Virus record (IMG/VR): IMGVR_UViG_3300038412_000061
Span: 1 to 64,000 of that record
Origin: a virus
DNA length: 64,000 nt
Strand: one strand, 5' to 3'
Positions 43,560-53,500 of the stretch are shown one piece after another (position 1 is the stretch's first letter; each line of letters begins with the position of its first letter). Made by a program: the position numbers and the translations under genes. The notes beneath the pieces were generated by a model. That model searched no databases. It worked only from the letters and a program-made list of their open reading frames with translations, and was not told the DNA's origin.

Positions 43560-44834
43560 ATGACTACCACTCTGCCAAACTCTTACACAACGAACCAGAT
43601 CTATCAGGCCTTCCCCCAGTTCGTGCAAGATCAAGACGCCCAGAACAATTACGCATTGTGGTGGTGGGTCTATGGAGTGTGCCAGAACTTGGACACCATA
43701 GACACGCTAATGTTCGACAATGTCGGGGCCGGTGTCACCGTCACACCAACACAGGTCGGCGCAACACCGATCACTCAAGCAAAGTTGTCCGCTTCGATTG
43801 GTCCATCAGACACTTCGATAACAGTGTTTAACACAGACTCTACATGGAACCAGGTAAACACGTCGGCCAGTTTCACCGCCATGATAGAAGACGAGGAAGT
43901 GCTGATCCCGTCAGGCACTTACAACTGGCTCCTTCCGTCTTTGACTATTAGTGGGCTTACGCGAGGTTACAACGGAACTACCGCAGCGTCACACAGCGCC
44001 AGCGCTGGTGCTGACGGCACCATTGACCTAGACAGATACGCCAGTGCCCCTGGTTGGTCTCAAATTGTGGACATAGATCGATGCCCGGAATACGCACTTC
44101 CATGGTTGGCACAATTCGTCGGGGCAGCTATACCACAGAATAACACTCTCACCTACGAGCAGACCATTCAAAAGATTAAGTCGCGTTCAGGGTTTCAGCG
44201 TTCTACTCCTGCCTCGATTCAAGCAGAGATGGCTGCGGCCATCAACTCTGGTAACGTTTCTAGCCCCATACTTCCGTCTCAGGTAATCTTGTTGGAGAAC
44301 ACCGCTCTTCTCGCCCCGCGAGGAGCAAATCTTAATGCTGCTCTCAGCAACTCCGCAACATCCCTGACACTGCTCAACACTGATTCTTCATGGGGAAGCC
44401 TTGGATCGAACAGCAATTTCGTTCTAGAGATCGACACCGAAAAGATCCTGGTACCCCAAGGATCATACGCCTGGAGCTCATCCCCAGTAACCCTAACGGG
44501 AGTAACGCGCGGGTATGACAGCACTTCTGCAGCAGCGCACCTCGATGGAGCGAACGTCTCGTTGGCTGGCGGAAATAACATTTACGGCTACGACGAATAT
44601 GCGATGACGGTCTTGATCCCCGCTATCTACTACGGCCTCTACACCTATTCAAGCCTTGTAACGGCGGCTGGTGGCGCAGGAACGTACGCAGCTGTCAATA
44701 GTTTCATCGGTACCCTGGGCGGCCTATATGGGGACCTTTCCGCGTCGCCATTTCCAATTTCTGATTCACAATTTACGAGCTTCATTTACCGCTACCGACC
44801 AGCGGGAATACAAGTCTTCGTTGGAGGATACTAG
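43560..44834 (+). CDS. Baseplate/tail protein I-like
   Basis: DRCPEYALPWLAQFVG; two TRGYxxTxAAxH repeats; YRPAGI. Confidence 0.8.
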   Translation: MTTTLPNSYTTNQIYQAFPQFVQDQDAQNNYALWWWVYGVCQNLDTIDTLMFDNVGAGVTVTPTQVGATPITQAKLSASIGPSDTSITVFNTDSTWNQVNTSASFTAMIEDEEVLIPSGTYNWLLPSLTISGLTRGYNGTTAASHSASAGADGTIDLDRYASAPGWSQIVDIDRCPEYALPWLAQFVGAAIPQNNTLTYEQTIQKIKSRSGFQRSTPASIQAEMAAAINSGNVSSPILPSQVILLENTALLAPRGANLNAALSNSATSLTLLNTDSSWGSLGSNSNFVLEIDTEKILVPQGSYAWSSSPVTLTGVTRGYDSTSAAAHLDGANVSLAGGNNIYGYDEYAMTVLIPAIYYGLYTYSSLVTAAGGAGTYAAVNSFIGTLGGLYGDLSASPFPISDSQFTSFIYRYRPAGIQVFVGGY

Positions 44835-44836
44835 AC

Positions 44837-45556
44837 ATGTCAACAGGACTGACCTCTAGACTGGGGTTTCCGTACCCAGTCAACACAGACACAGCTGCCA
44901 TAGCCAGCGACATGCAGGGGATGGCTGACTTCTGCGACACTTACTTCATACCCTACAGCCAGTCTGCGTCGGCTACACCGCCAACGACAACAATCTCTGG
45001 GTCTTTCTGGTGGTGCACTAATTCCGGTTCAACGTATTATGGTTTGAACTACTATGACGGAAGCTCCTGGCACCTCGTCTCCTCCGGCCAGACCGCGTTC
45101 TCAGGAATCGCTTCTGCGCGTTCGACCGTCATCCCTTCACCTGTAATAGGGAACTTCTACTGGGCGACCGACACGTCGGTGCTTACCTTCTACACTGGAA
45201 GTGCATGGATCACTGTAGGAAGCAACGTAGTAAACGGGCAAGACATCGCTATCGCCACCATCAACACATGGCAGTCGGTGGCCACCCTAACGCCGCCCGT
45301 TAACGGACTCTACCAGGTCGTAGTATGTTTCGACGTTGCCTCTGGAACTCCTACAGTTGGTGCACAGGCTCTGTTTGCGGACGCCAACGGCGCCCAGACA
45401 ATAACTCTAACACCGACCGGGTCTAGCCTGTCCGTTGGCCCGTGGTCTTCTCTCTCAGCGCTTATTTCGGCGCACACAGGAACGGCAATCAGCCTTCAGG
45501 TGCAGGCGTCAACCACGACTGGCATAACAGCTAGCGGATTCATAGAGGCGGTCTAA
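44837..45556 (+). CDS. Tail fibre-type protein
   Basis: TSRLGFPYP N-terminus; YYDGSSW / FYTGSAW motifs. Confidence 0.7.
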   Translation: MSTGLTSRLGFPYPVNTDTAAIASDMQGMADFCDTYFIPYSQSASATPPTTTISGSFWWCTNSGSTYYGLNYYDGSSWHLVSSGQTAFSGIASARSTVIPSPVIGNFYWATDTSVLTFYTGSAWITVGSNVVNGQDIAIATINTWQSVATLTPPVNGLYQVVVCFDVASGTPTVGAQALFADANGAQTITLTPTGSSLSVGPWSSLSALISAHTGTAISLQVQASTTTGITASGFIEAV

Positions 45557-46614
45557 TGAGTGGCGGAATCATTCTTCCAGGTACGGCTACTGCGTCTGAC
45601 GTAAGAAGTGGAAAGACGTTCTCAAGTTCTAGCGGGTTCAACATCACAGGCACTAAGGGTTTGATGCTTCCATCTGGGGTGTTTGGAATTTTTCCGTCCA
45701 GCGGGGGCACGGCGAACCCCATGCAAAATATGGTTTCACTCGGTAACGACCTTTACTACACCGTAAGCAACCTAGCGACGATCTACAAGGTTGACATAAC
45801 GACATTGTCGGTCAGCACGTTTACGAACCCCCATGGATTGATGCTTGGTTCCTGCGTGGGTCCAGACGGAAACATTTGGTTTACTTCTCCCGGCACCACC
45901 GCAGGGAATGGTTACATTGTAAAAATGACACCTGCGGGCGTATTCACCTCATACCAGATCCCAACGGTTTCATACCCGTATGCGACTAGGATTGTCGCGG
46001 GGCCAGACGGAAGGCTGTGGTTTTCCCTTTCATTCTTCGGTACTTACTATGGTGCAGTAACAACGTCAGGCGTCTTTAGTATGTACACCAGTTCCTCGAA
46101 CTCGTTTTCCCAAAATGGAAATCTAGCGGTTGATGGCACATATATCTATTTTACGGGTGGAACGTTAGCTAGTGTTTATGCAATAGACATGTCAGGAAGC
46201 ATTGCTTACACATATCCCGTAAGCTCTTCATTCTCTTCCCAGGGTGGCATGGTGTATGACAACGCTGGATACGTGTGGGGGCGCGGGAGCTCGTATCTGC
46301 ATAAGTTCACCCCAGGGAGCAGCACTGTTACGACTGTGTCCTCGTCACTAACGACCGCATACCAGCAGACATCCGGCGTTCTAGCCAACGATGGAAACAT
46401 CTACTTTTCGTACATGTCAAACACAACACCATATCCGACGAATGTTGAAAAACTCGTCCCCTCAACGTCCACGATCACCTTGGAAGGCATGACCGGTGCA
46501 ACCAACAATTCAGTTGGTTACAGTTCATACAATTTGACCTGTCTTGGAAGTGATGGAAACATATACTTTGGATTGCCAATATTGTCCTCCATCGGTGTTC
46601 TCGCCCTAAGTTAA
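45556..46614 (+). CDS. Receptor-binding candidate, Vgb-like beta-propeller
   Basis: GTATASDVRSGKTF anchor; GPDGNIWFT / GPDGRLWF / DGNIYF repeats; lower GC. Confidence 0.75.
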   Translation: MSGGIILPGTATASDVRSGKTFSSSSGFNITGTKGLMLPSGVFGIFPSSGGTANPMQNMVSLGNDLYYTVSNLATIYKVDITTLSVSTFTNPHGLMLGSCVGPDGNIWFTSPGTTAGNGYIVKMTPAGVFTSYQIPTVSYPYATRIVAGPDGRLWFSLSFFGTYYGAVTTSGVFSMYTSSSNSFSQNGNLAVDGTYIYFTGGTLASVYAIDMSGSIAYTYPVSSSFSSQGGMVYDNAGYVWGRGSSYLHKFTPGSSTVTTVSSSLTTAYQQTSGVLANDGNIYFSYMSNTTPYPTNVEKLVPSTSTITLEGMTGATNNSVGYSSYNLTCLGSDGNIYFGLPILSSIGVLALS

Positions 46615-46672
46615 CAGAAAAGTCAAGTACGTCAGTGTCACGACTAGCGACCTACATTTCATTGGAGACAAG

Positions 46673-47380
46673 ATGACAATAGAAATGCTCGATTCAATCG
46701 ACATCGCCAACATACCCAAGACAGCCACGATGGTGGCTGGGTACGTCAACGGAAACTGGCCAACGTATGACGCGCTTGTGAAGGCGTTCCCACATGCACA
46801 CCACGTTTCGATTGACGTGAACGGTAGCGGAGTTGCCGACGTTTTGGATGTGGAGCGCGGAGATGCAACTCCCGCACAGGCACCGGCATGGGCCAAGAGG
46901 ATGCGTGCACTCAAGCGCACTGCAATCATCTACTGTTCAGCTGGCATAATCCCCACTGTGAAGGCTGCCTTCGCCGCTGCTAAGGAACCTGAGCCGTTGT
47001 TCTGGGCAGCCGACTGGACGAACAAGCCGCACTTGTATCCAGGATCTATAGCCACCCAGTGGGCTGACGGAACTCCTACCTACCCTGGTATCGCTCTGCA
47101 CTGCGACTCCTCGCTCGTGTCGCCGTCGTGGCCAGGTCTTCAGCCCCCCGCCCCAAAGAAGACCGCAAACCCAACTGCTGCGCAACTTGCAGCACATGGG
47201 TACGTATTGATGGCCAACCCTTCAGAGGCTTTGATCGCCTGCAAGAATGGATGGCAGTTGTTTGTATGGAATGGAATCGGATTTAGCAATGCTGCAGTCA
47301 ATCTTCCCGCTGGTACTCACGAGTACGCCTCTAAGAACTACAAGACTCACAATCCAGCAGTGAAGGTTGGAGAAGAGTAA
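46673..47380 (+). CDS. Endolysin, GH25-like muramidase
   Basis: VAGYVNG, VLDVERGDATP, IIYCS, FWAADW, ATQW, CDSS. Confidence 0.75.
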   Translation: MTIEMLDSIDIANIPKTATMVAGYVNGNWPTYDALVKAFPHAHHVSIDVNGSGVADVLDVERGDATPAQAPAWAKRMRALKRTAIIYCSAGIIPTVKAAFAAAKEPEPLFWAADWTNKPHLYPGSIATQWADGTPTYPGIALHCDSSLVSPSWPGLQPPAPKKTANPTAAQLAAHGYVLMANPSEALIACKNGWQLFVWNGIGFSNAAVNLPAGTHEYASKNYKTHNPAVKVGEE

Positions 47381-47932
47381 ATGTTCATGGTAATCCATTT
47401 CTTCTCCGGCTCATTCGCAGTTCTAAACTACATAACAGATCTGGTGATTGTAGCTGGCGCGTTCTTTTCCGGCTACCGGTGGTATGACAGGCGTCAGAAA
47501 AACAGACAAGCAAAAGAGGACGCTGCAGAGCAGACACGCATCGACACAATAGTTAAGGCTTCTGTCGATGCAAGCATACTGAGGGTTATGACTAACGTTG
47601 ACACGTTGGTGGAGAAGAGCGTTAAAGACGAATTGTCAAACGTCAATGACAGAATGAACAAGCAAGATGCTGTTCTCGCCGTCCTTGAACACGAAGTGAC
47701 ATTTAACGATGGGTCTTCAATGAAGGACTCGCAAAAGAGAACTGAGAACGCAATCAACCTTGCGGCGACTGCACTTGAGGGATTGCGCGAAAGCATGATC
47801 TCGCAGAAGGAGATTATGCACGGGCAGTCGGTGATCATTGAAAAGATAGAGATGCGCCAGAACGATTTGGCAAACACCATGGCGTCGCACATAGGTGCCC
47901 ACAGCGGGCTGCCAGATTCGGGGAAGAATTAG
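47381..47932 (+). CDS. Single-TM coiled-coil lysis-cassette protein
   Basis: N-terminal TM; HEVTFNDGSSMKD motif. Confidence 0.65.
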   Translation: MFMVIHFFSGSFAVLNYITDLVIVAGAFFSGYRWYDRRQKNRQAKEDAAEQTRIDTIVKASVDASILRVMTNVDTLVEKSVKDELSNVNDRMNKQDAVLAVLEHEVTFNDGSSMKDSQKRTENAINLAATALEGLRESMISQKEIMHGQSVIIEKIEMRQNDLANTMASHIGAHSGLPDSGKN

Positions 47933-48279
47933 TGCTTTACCTAGTAGCCCTGATTGCGGCAATCGCAATGGCCGTCCAGGACATCCTGGGCATTATCCTT
48001 TTGATGGCAGCGACAAGAAACCGTGGCTCACTGGCTGGCATCATGGACAGCCTCCAGTGGTTGGTCGGGATGACCACAACCACCATCTCGGTGAGCATCT
48101 TCCAGGGTCACTCCCTGTATTCGAAGGTTATCGTGGTCGCATTTGTCAGCCTAGCAAACTACTTCGGTACCCTTTGGGGGGAGAAGCTTGGTAGCAGGTT
48201 CGTCAAAGACCGCGCAGTGACAAACGAACAAAGAATTACAGCATTAGAGCAGTACATAGCCAATGATAACCATAGTTAA
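47932..48279 (+). CDS. 3-TM membrane protein (holin candidate)
   Basis: Three hydrophobic segments, charged C-terminus. Confidence 0.6.
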   Translation: MLYLVALIAAIAMAVQDILGIILLMAATRNRGSLAGIMDSLQWLVGMTTTTISVSIFQGHSLYSKVIVVAFVSLANYFGTLWGEKLGSRFVKDRAVTNEQRITALEQYIANDNHS

Positions 48280-48289
48280 GGGGAATTAG

Positions 48290-49030
48290 ATGAGTGAGAA
48301 CACAGACGTGCGCAAGGCCGGTAAGAGGGGCAAGCTTCCTGCCAAGCCATTGCTCACTACCACGCTCCGTGACTACATGAAGGGTGGCCTTCCTAGCGCC
48401 CCAACAACGGTTGACTACGCGCCACGAGTGTCGAACTTCCCAATGGCGCTGAACGACAAGGAGGGTGACTGCACAATCGCTGGCATCATCCACCTTCTCC
48501 AGCTCCAGTACGCCGAGATTGGTGAGACCTTCACATACCCCGGAGACGCCGAGACACAGTCCACATACTACAGCTTCACTGGCGGACAGGACACCGGCTG
48601 TGTAGAGACCGACGTGTTGTCTAAGTGGGCTGGAGACGGTCTATTCGGCACAAAGGCCGCTGCCTGGGTCCCTGTTAACCCGCGCGACGAAGCCGAGATG
48701 AAAGCCGCTATCTACCTCTTTGGCGGCCTGTACCTGGGTGTAGAACTTCCAGGGAACGCTGAGCAGCAGTTCGAGAACCACGAGCCATGGCACCTAACGA
48801 TTCCTAAGGCATCTCCGGTTGGCGGTCACTGCATCGTTGCATCTGGCTACAATCGCCAGGGAATGGACATCATTACTTGGGGTCAAGAGACATCGGCTAC
48901 ATGGGACTGGAGCGACTACTACTGCTCTGAGGCTTACGCAGTCATTCCCCAGGCGTTTGTCGAAGCTGACCATGGCCCTGTCTACAAGATCGACATTCTT
49001 CAACTTCAGGCAGACCTTAAGTTGGTCTAG
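48290..49030 (+). CDS. Papain-like (C1-related) cysteine peptidase
   Basis: NDKEGDCTIAG...GGHCIVASGY...IITWG. Confidence 0.75.
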   Translation: MSENTDVRKAGKRGKLPAKPLLTTTLRDYMKGGLPSAPTTVDYAPRVSNFPMALNDKEGDCTIAGIIHLLQLQYAEIGETFTYPGDAETQSTYYSFTGGQDTGCVETDVLSKWAGDGLFGTKAAAWVPVNPRDEAEMKAAIYLFGGLYLGVELPGNAEQQFENHEPWHLTIPKASPVGGHCIVASGYNRQGMDIITWGQETSATWDWSDYYCSEAYAVIPQAFVEADHGPVYKIDILQLQADLKLV

Positions 49031-49578
49031 TGACATCACTTTACCAGCCAAAACCTGGAGATGCCGTATTCGCGCGCACTACCACTAATTATGGAAGACT
49101 GATCCGTTTCGGCCAAGCACTCCGTTGGTGGAAGGGGCGTGACTGGAACCACATGGCTATTGTTGTGAAGATCGACCCTGACGGCACAGTGTGGTGCCTG
49201 CAGATGGTCAAACACTGCAGCCTCGTGCGACTACAGGACATCACCCCCCTTGGCGAAATAGTTGTCGTGCCTTGCCCAGATGGGGTTGACCGCGACAAAT
49301 CCGTGATGTTTGCCAACCTACAACTTGGCGTTGATTACGGGGACCTAGATATTGTAAGCATCGCAATCAACATCTGCTTGCCATCTGTGCTTGGGTTTGA
49401 CGTGCACAAGAACGACACCCTCATCTGCTCTGCTCTAGTAGCACGAAGCTGGGAGCACGGTGGCTACACGCTCCCAAGAGGAATAGACCCATTCACCATA
49501 ACACCAGGACAGTTCTACCTCGTATTGGGGGTGGCTGGCTACAGCCTCAAAGAAACCATCTTACACAAAGGATCTTAA
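49030..49578 (+). CDS. Permuted papain-like amidase (YiiX/YebB type)
   Basis: PGD..F, WNHMAIV, Y, LICSALVA, TPG in His-before-Cys order. Confidence 0.8.
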   Translation: MTSLYQPKPGDAVFARTTTNYGRLIRFGQALRWWKGRDWNHMAIVVKIDPDGTVWCLQMVKHCSLVRLQDITPLGEIVVVPCPDGVDRDKSVMFANLQLGVDYGDLDIVSIAINICLPSVLGFDVHKNDTLICSALVARSWEHGGYTLPRGIDPFTITPGQFYLVLGVAGYSLKETILHKGS

Positions 49579-50063
49579 TGACCAATTCAGCACCAGACGT
49601 AGCGGCACATGCTCAGAGCAGAGACCTCAAGGAAACGATTTTCTACCCAGATCATGTAAAGCGCGGTGCAGAGAGCCACGAGTTTGAAGAGGACAAGAAG
49701 GAACTAGAGGCTAGCGGTGGCGGGTGCTTCATTTGTGGCAAGACGCAAGCAGACCTTGGACCCAGCGTGCGCATGGAGGGACACCACTACAACGTTGAGT
49801 GGTCCCTAATCAACTCGTTGGATCTGGCAAAAGTCCAGAGGTATTTCCCCGACGTGACGAGCCTAGAAGAGTTCCTGGACTCTAAAGAGAATCTGATTCT
49901 TCTTTGCCCCAAGCACCACCGTTCCCCCCTCTACGGAGTCCACATGGTGTCAATGCCAGCGTGGGTCGCACAGAGGTTACAGAAGGATGGCTGGGACCTT
50001 GCCAAGGGCGAAAACGCAGCGGCAGAGATAGAGGACCTGTCAACGTATTACCCGGAGCACTAA
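49578..50063 (+). CDS. HNH-like Zn-binding protein
   Basis: CFICG..EGHH..NLILLCPKHH..GVH. Confidence 0.65.
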   Translation: MTNSAPDVAAHAQSRDLKETIFYPDHVKRGAESHEFEEDKKELEASGGGCFICGKTQADLGPSVRMEGHHYNVEWSLINSLDLAKVQRYFPDVTSLEEFLDSKENLILLCPKHHRSPLYGVHMVSMPAWVAQRLQKDGWDLAKGENAAAEIEDLSTYYPEH

Positions 50064-50121
50064 GTATTAACGACAAGATACCTGGCGTCGTGATGATGCC
50101 AACAATCACAAGGAGCATCTC

Positions 50122-50511
50122 ATGGCAGATGGAGCAGCAGTAGGAATAGTCAACGCATGGTTGGCGTCAGTACTCAACGGAACAGCGCCGACCACATTCT
50201 CAGCACCCTATGTTCAGTTGCACGTCGGTCTCCCCGGCGCGGCAGGAACGGCAAACATAGCTGGTGAGTCAACACGCCAGCAGGCGACTGGCACATTCGT
50301 CATCTCTGGCGGATCAACGACAAACCCAACGGCAATTAACTGGACTTCAGTGACGACCGCAGAGACATACACGAACATAACCCTATGGTCTGCAGCAACC
50401 GGTGGGACATTCATCGCATCAGGAACTATAACGGCCAATGCCGTCTCAGTGGGTGACAACTTCTCAATTCCCGTGGGGTCCGCTACAATCTCAATGCCTG
50501 TAGCGAGCTAG
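50122..50511 (+). CDS. Virion fibre-associated small beta protein
   Basis: YVQLHVGLPGAAGTAN...LWSAATGGTF motif typical of phage appendage modules. Confidence 0.7.
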   Translation: MADGAAVGIVNAWLASVLNGTAPTTFSAPYVQLHVGLPGAAGTANIAGESTRQQATGTFVISGGSTTNPTAINWTSVTTAETYTNITLWSAATGGTFIASGTITANAVSVGDNFSIPVGSATISMPVAS

Positions 50512-50548
50512 CACACAGCCGTATGGCTGTCCGTTCGGGGATTGACCC

Positions 50549-53500
50549 TTGACTCTTTCACTAGGTTCCGCAGTCACAACTAGCTACGGGGTTGGCGTTG
50601 GCTCAATGAGCATAACGCCAACCCATGTTGGCGATTGTGTTGTTTTTTGTACTTCCGTCAATACGACGGGTATATCCTGCACCGGTCTAAGCTCCAGCAA
50701 TGTGGCGTGGGACTCAACACCAATTGTGACGCTCACGGCTAATGGGTATACCATACAGGGTTGGAAGGGCGTGGCCACGTCAACAAGCGCTGCAACGGTT
50801 ACAGCCTCGTGGTCGGCGTCAATTTCTTCGAACAACACAGAGCTAGCGTCCTGGGGGGTCCACTCCTCTGTCTCTTGCACGTGGAAGTTACTTTCTGGTC
50901 AAGCCGGGTCTACTTACGGAAGCGGAACGTCATACAACTTTCCATCGCTTACATCTGGGAGCGGTGATCTTGGCGAATTCTATGGTGGCTTCGTCGTCGC
51001 TGGCAATACTGCGAGTGCTGGCTCGACCACTGGTTTCACCTACAGCCCAGACGGCAATGGGAACATGGAGATTTATGACCTCGCGCTCGCATCGTCTACG
51101 GTTTACGCACCGGGTGGAACAGAGAGCCCGTCAGGTAACTATTCCACAATAGGATTCATAGTTCAAGCCGTTGCGCCTGTACTTTCTCTAGGCTCTGCCC
51201 CTTCAATCCAGCCAGGTATAGGGCCTCAGACACTCACCGTCACTCCCGCACACGTAGGCGACTGCGTGATCTTCGTCACTCAGACGAGCAGCTCACCCAC
51301 GATCTCTTCGACGGCACTAAGTTCAACGAACGTCACGTGGGACTCAGCGCCGATGTTCTCCTATGTTTCGGGCTATCTGAACATTCAGATTTGGAAGGGT
51401 GTGGCGACCTCCACCTCCTCTGCTGTCGTCACACCTACATGGTCTGCTTCCGTCACTGGAGTGCACATCGAACTTATGTCAATGGGCGTTCACTCGTCAG
51501 TAGCGTGTGACTGGAAGCTTCTGCCAGGAGCCAGCGGAGGAACTTCCGGGACCACCGCATCGTCTGCGCTTGTTAGTGCAGCGTCACTCACATCTGGTTC
51601 AGGTGACCTGGGCGAGTTCTACTTCGGGTACATGTACTCGTCACCCGGAGCTGCAGCAGGTACGACACCAGGGTTCACGTACTACATAGACGCCTACGGG
51701 AATGGTGAGTTCTACGATTTAGTTCTGGCGCCATCGACGGCCTACACGCCAAACATCACCAACTCTGGCTCTGGCGCGTGGGACATTGCATCAGTAATCG
51801 TTCAGGCCGTCACACCATATGATGCTTACCTTGAATCCCTGTCACCGGTAGGGTGGTGGAAGCTGGCAGATGCAGTTGGTGCATCGTCCGCCATAGACTC
51901 ATCTGGCAACTCGTTCAATCTTACAAAGAACGGGACCATCACATTTGGTCAAACGACACCGTCTCAGATCAGCCCCGAAACGGGAGCTCTGTTCGATGGT
52001 ACATCAGGGTATCTGATCGGGACGATGACCTCGACGCAGGCCGCTGTCTTCAGTGGCTCTTTCACCGTCGCTGCATGGGTGAATACGTCTAACTGGAGTC
52101 CCACCTCTGACGTTGAATTCTTCGGAGCGGGCGGCACATCTTACGCAACCGATCATCTGTTCCAACTCTTCATCGACGGAAATAACTACTCTGGCGGTGG
52201 TCTCGCTATAGGCTTCTATGGAGATGACTGGGGAAGTGGCTTCCACCCGTCAGCTGGATGGCATTTCGTCGTTGCAACGGTAAGTCGTGGCGCATCAACT
52301 AGTGTTCGAACACTCTATGTGGACGGAGTGTCAAAGGGTAGCAATACGTCCACCGGCAACCTAACGGTGTCATCTGGAAACTTTCTGGAGATCGGACGAG
52401 AGCCAGCTGTAGGTAACTACTGGCCCGGTGACATTGCCCAAGTCGCTATCTTCAACAGCGTTTTGACTTCCACAGAGATCAGTACACTTTACTCTGGTGG
52501 GGTTGCCTCCTACACCGTCACCTTCAATGCCAATGGTGGTTCGGGGACGATGTCGCCCGAGACGGCAAGTTCCGCAACCGCTCTGACCCTGAACACGTTC
52601 ACTCGCACAGGCTACGCGTTTAATGGCTGGAACACGGCTGCTGATGGCTCAGGAACGTCTTACGCTGACGGGGCAAGCTACCCATTCACATCTAGCATCA
52701 CCCTTTATGCTCAATGGGCTGTTGTAATATATCATCCAACTGGGTTCCCACTTTCCACTGGATCAGACTCAGCTGCGTGTCCGGCGCCAACCTCTTACAC
52801 AATGCCGCATGCCTATGGGGCCATTGGTGACTTAGCGATATTCGCCCCTGCTTATTTCGGCACAGTAAACCCTACAATCTCGTCCATTACCGGAACACAG
52901 AGTGGCACCTGGACCCTGCGCGAGAGACTCCTTGGGTATGCCTCAGAAAACTTGGACATATGGACCGCGCCAGTCACGGCTACGGCCAGTGCCGATGTTC
53001 TCAGCATCACCTACGCTGGGTCAACGGCTGGCGGCTGCGGTGACTTTTGGGGAGATTCACTGAGCTCAGGGTTCGGTGCCTCCACCGTGTGGTCGTTCCC
53101 GGCATCAGGCTCAACAGAGGTAGCCAAAAGTACCACGTTCTCCTATCCAGCTCTACTTAGTGCTACCACTTCTGATCCTCAGGCTTATTGGGGTCACGGC
53201 GTTCCATCAGGAGTAGCCAGCGGAGGCACGACCCCTGGGTTCTCCTATCTTGAAGGTGGAGGATTCGGACAGGAACAGATATATGATCTATCTATTGCCT
53301 CCAATACGACCTACACACCCACATCTACAGCTACTTCGAGTGGCGGAAGCAACAATGCGAACGACCTCACTGTGGGCATCATTATTAGGGCGTCTTCTGA
53401 GGTCACCGGTGTCGCTTCCGTTACTGCCGGTGCGCTAAGCGTCTCCTCTTCTTCTAAAAAGACAGTTAAAGGAACTGCCAGCGTAGGGGCCGGAGGTCTT

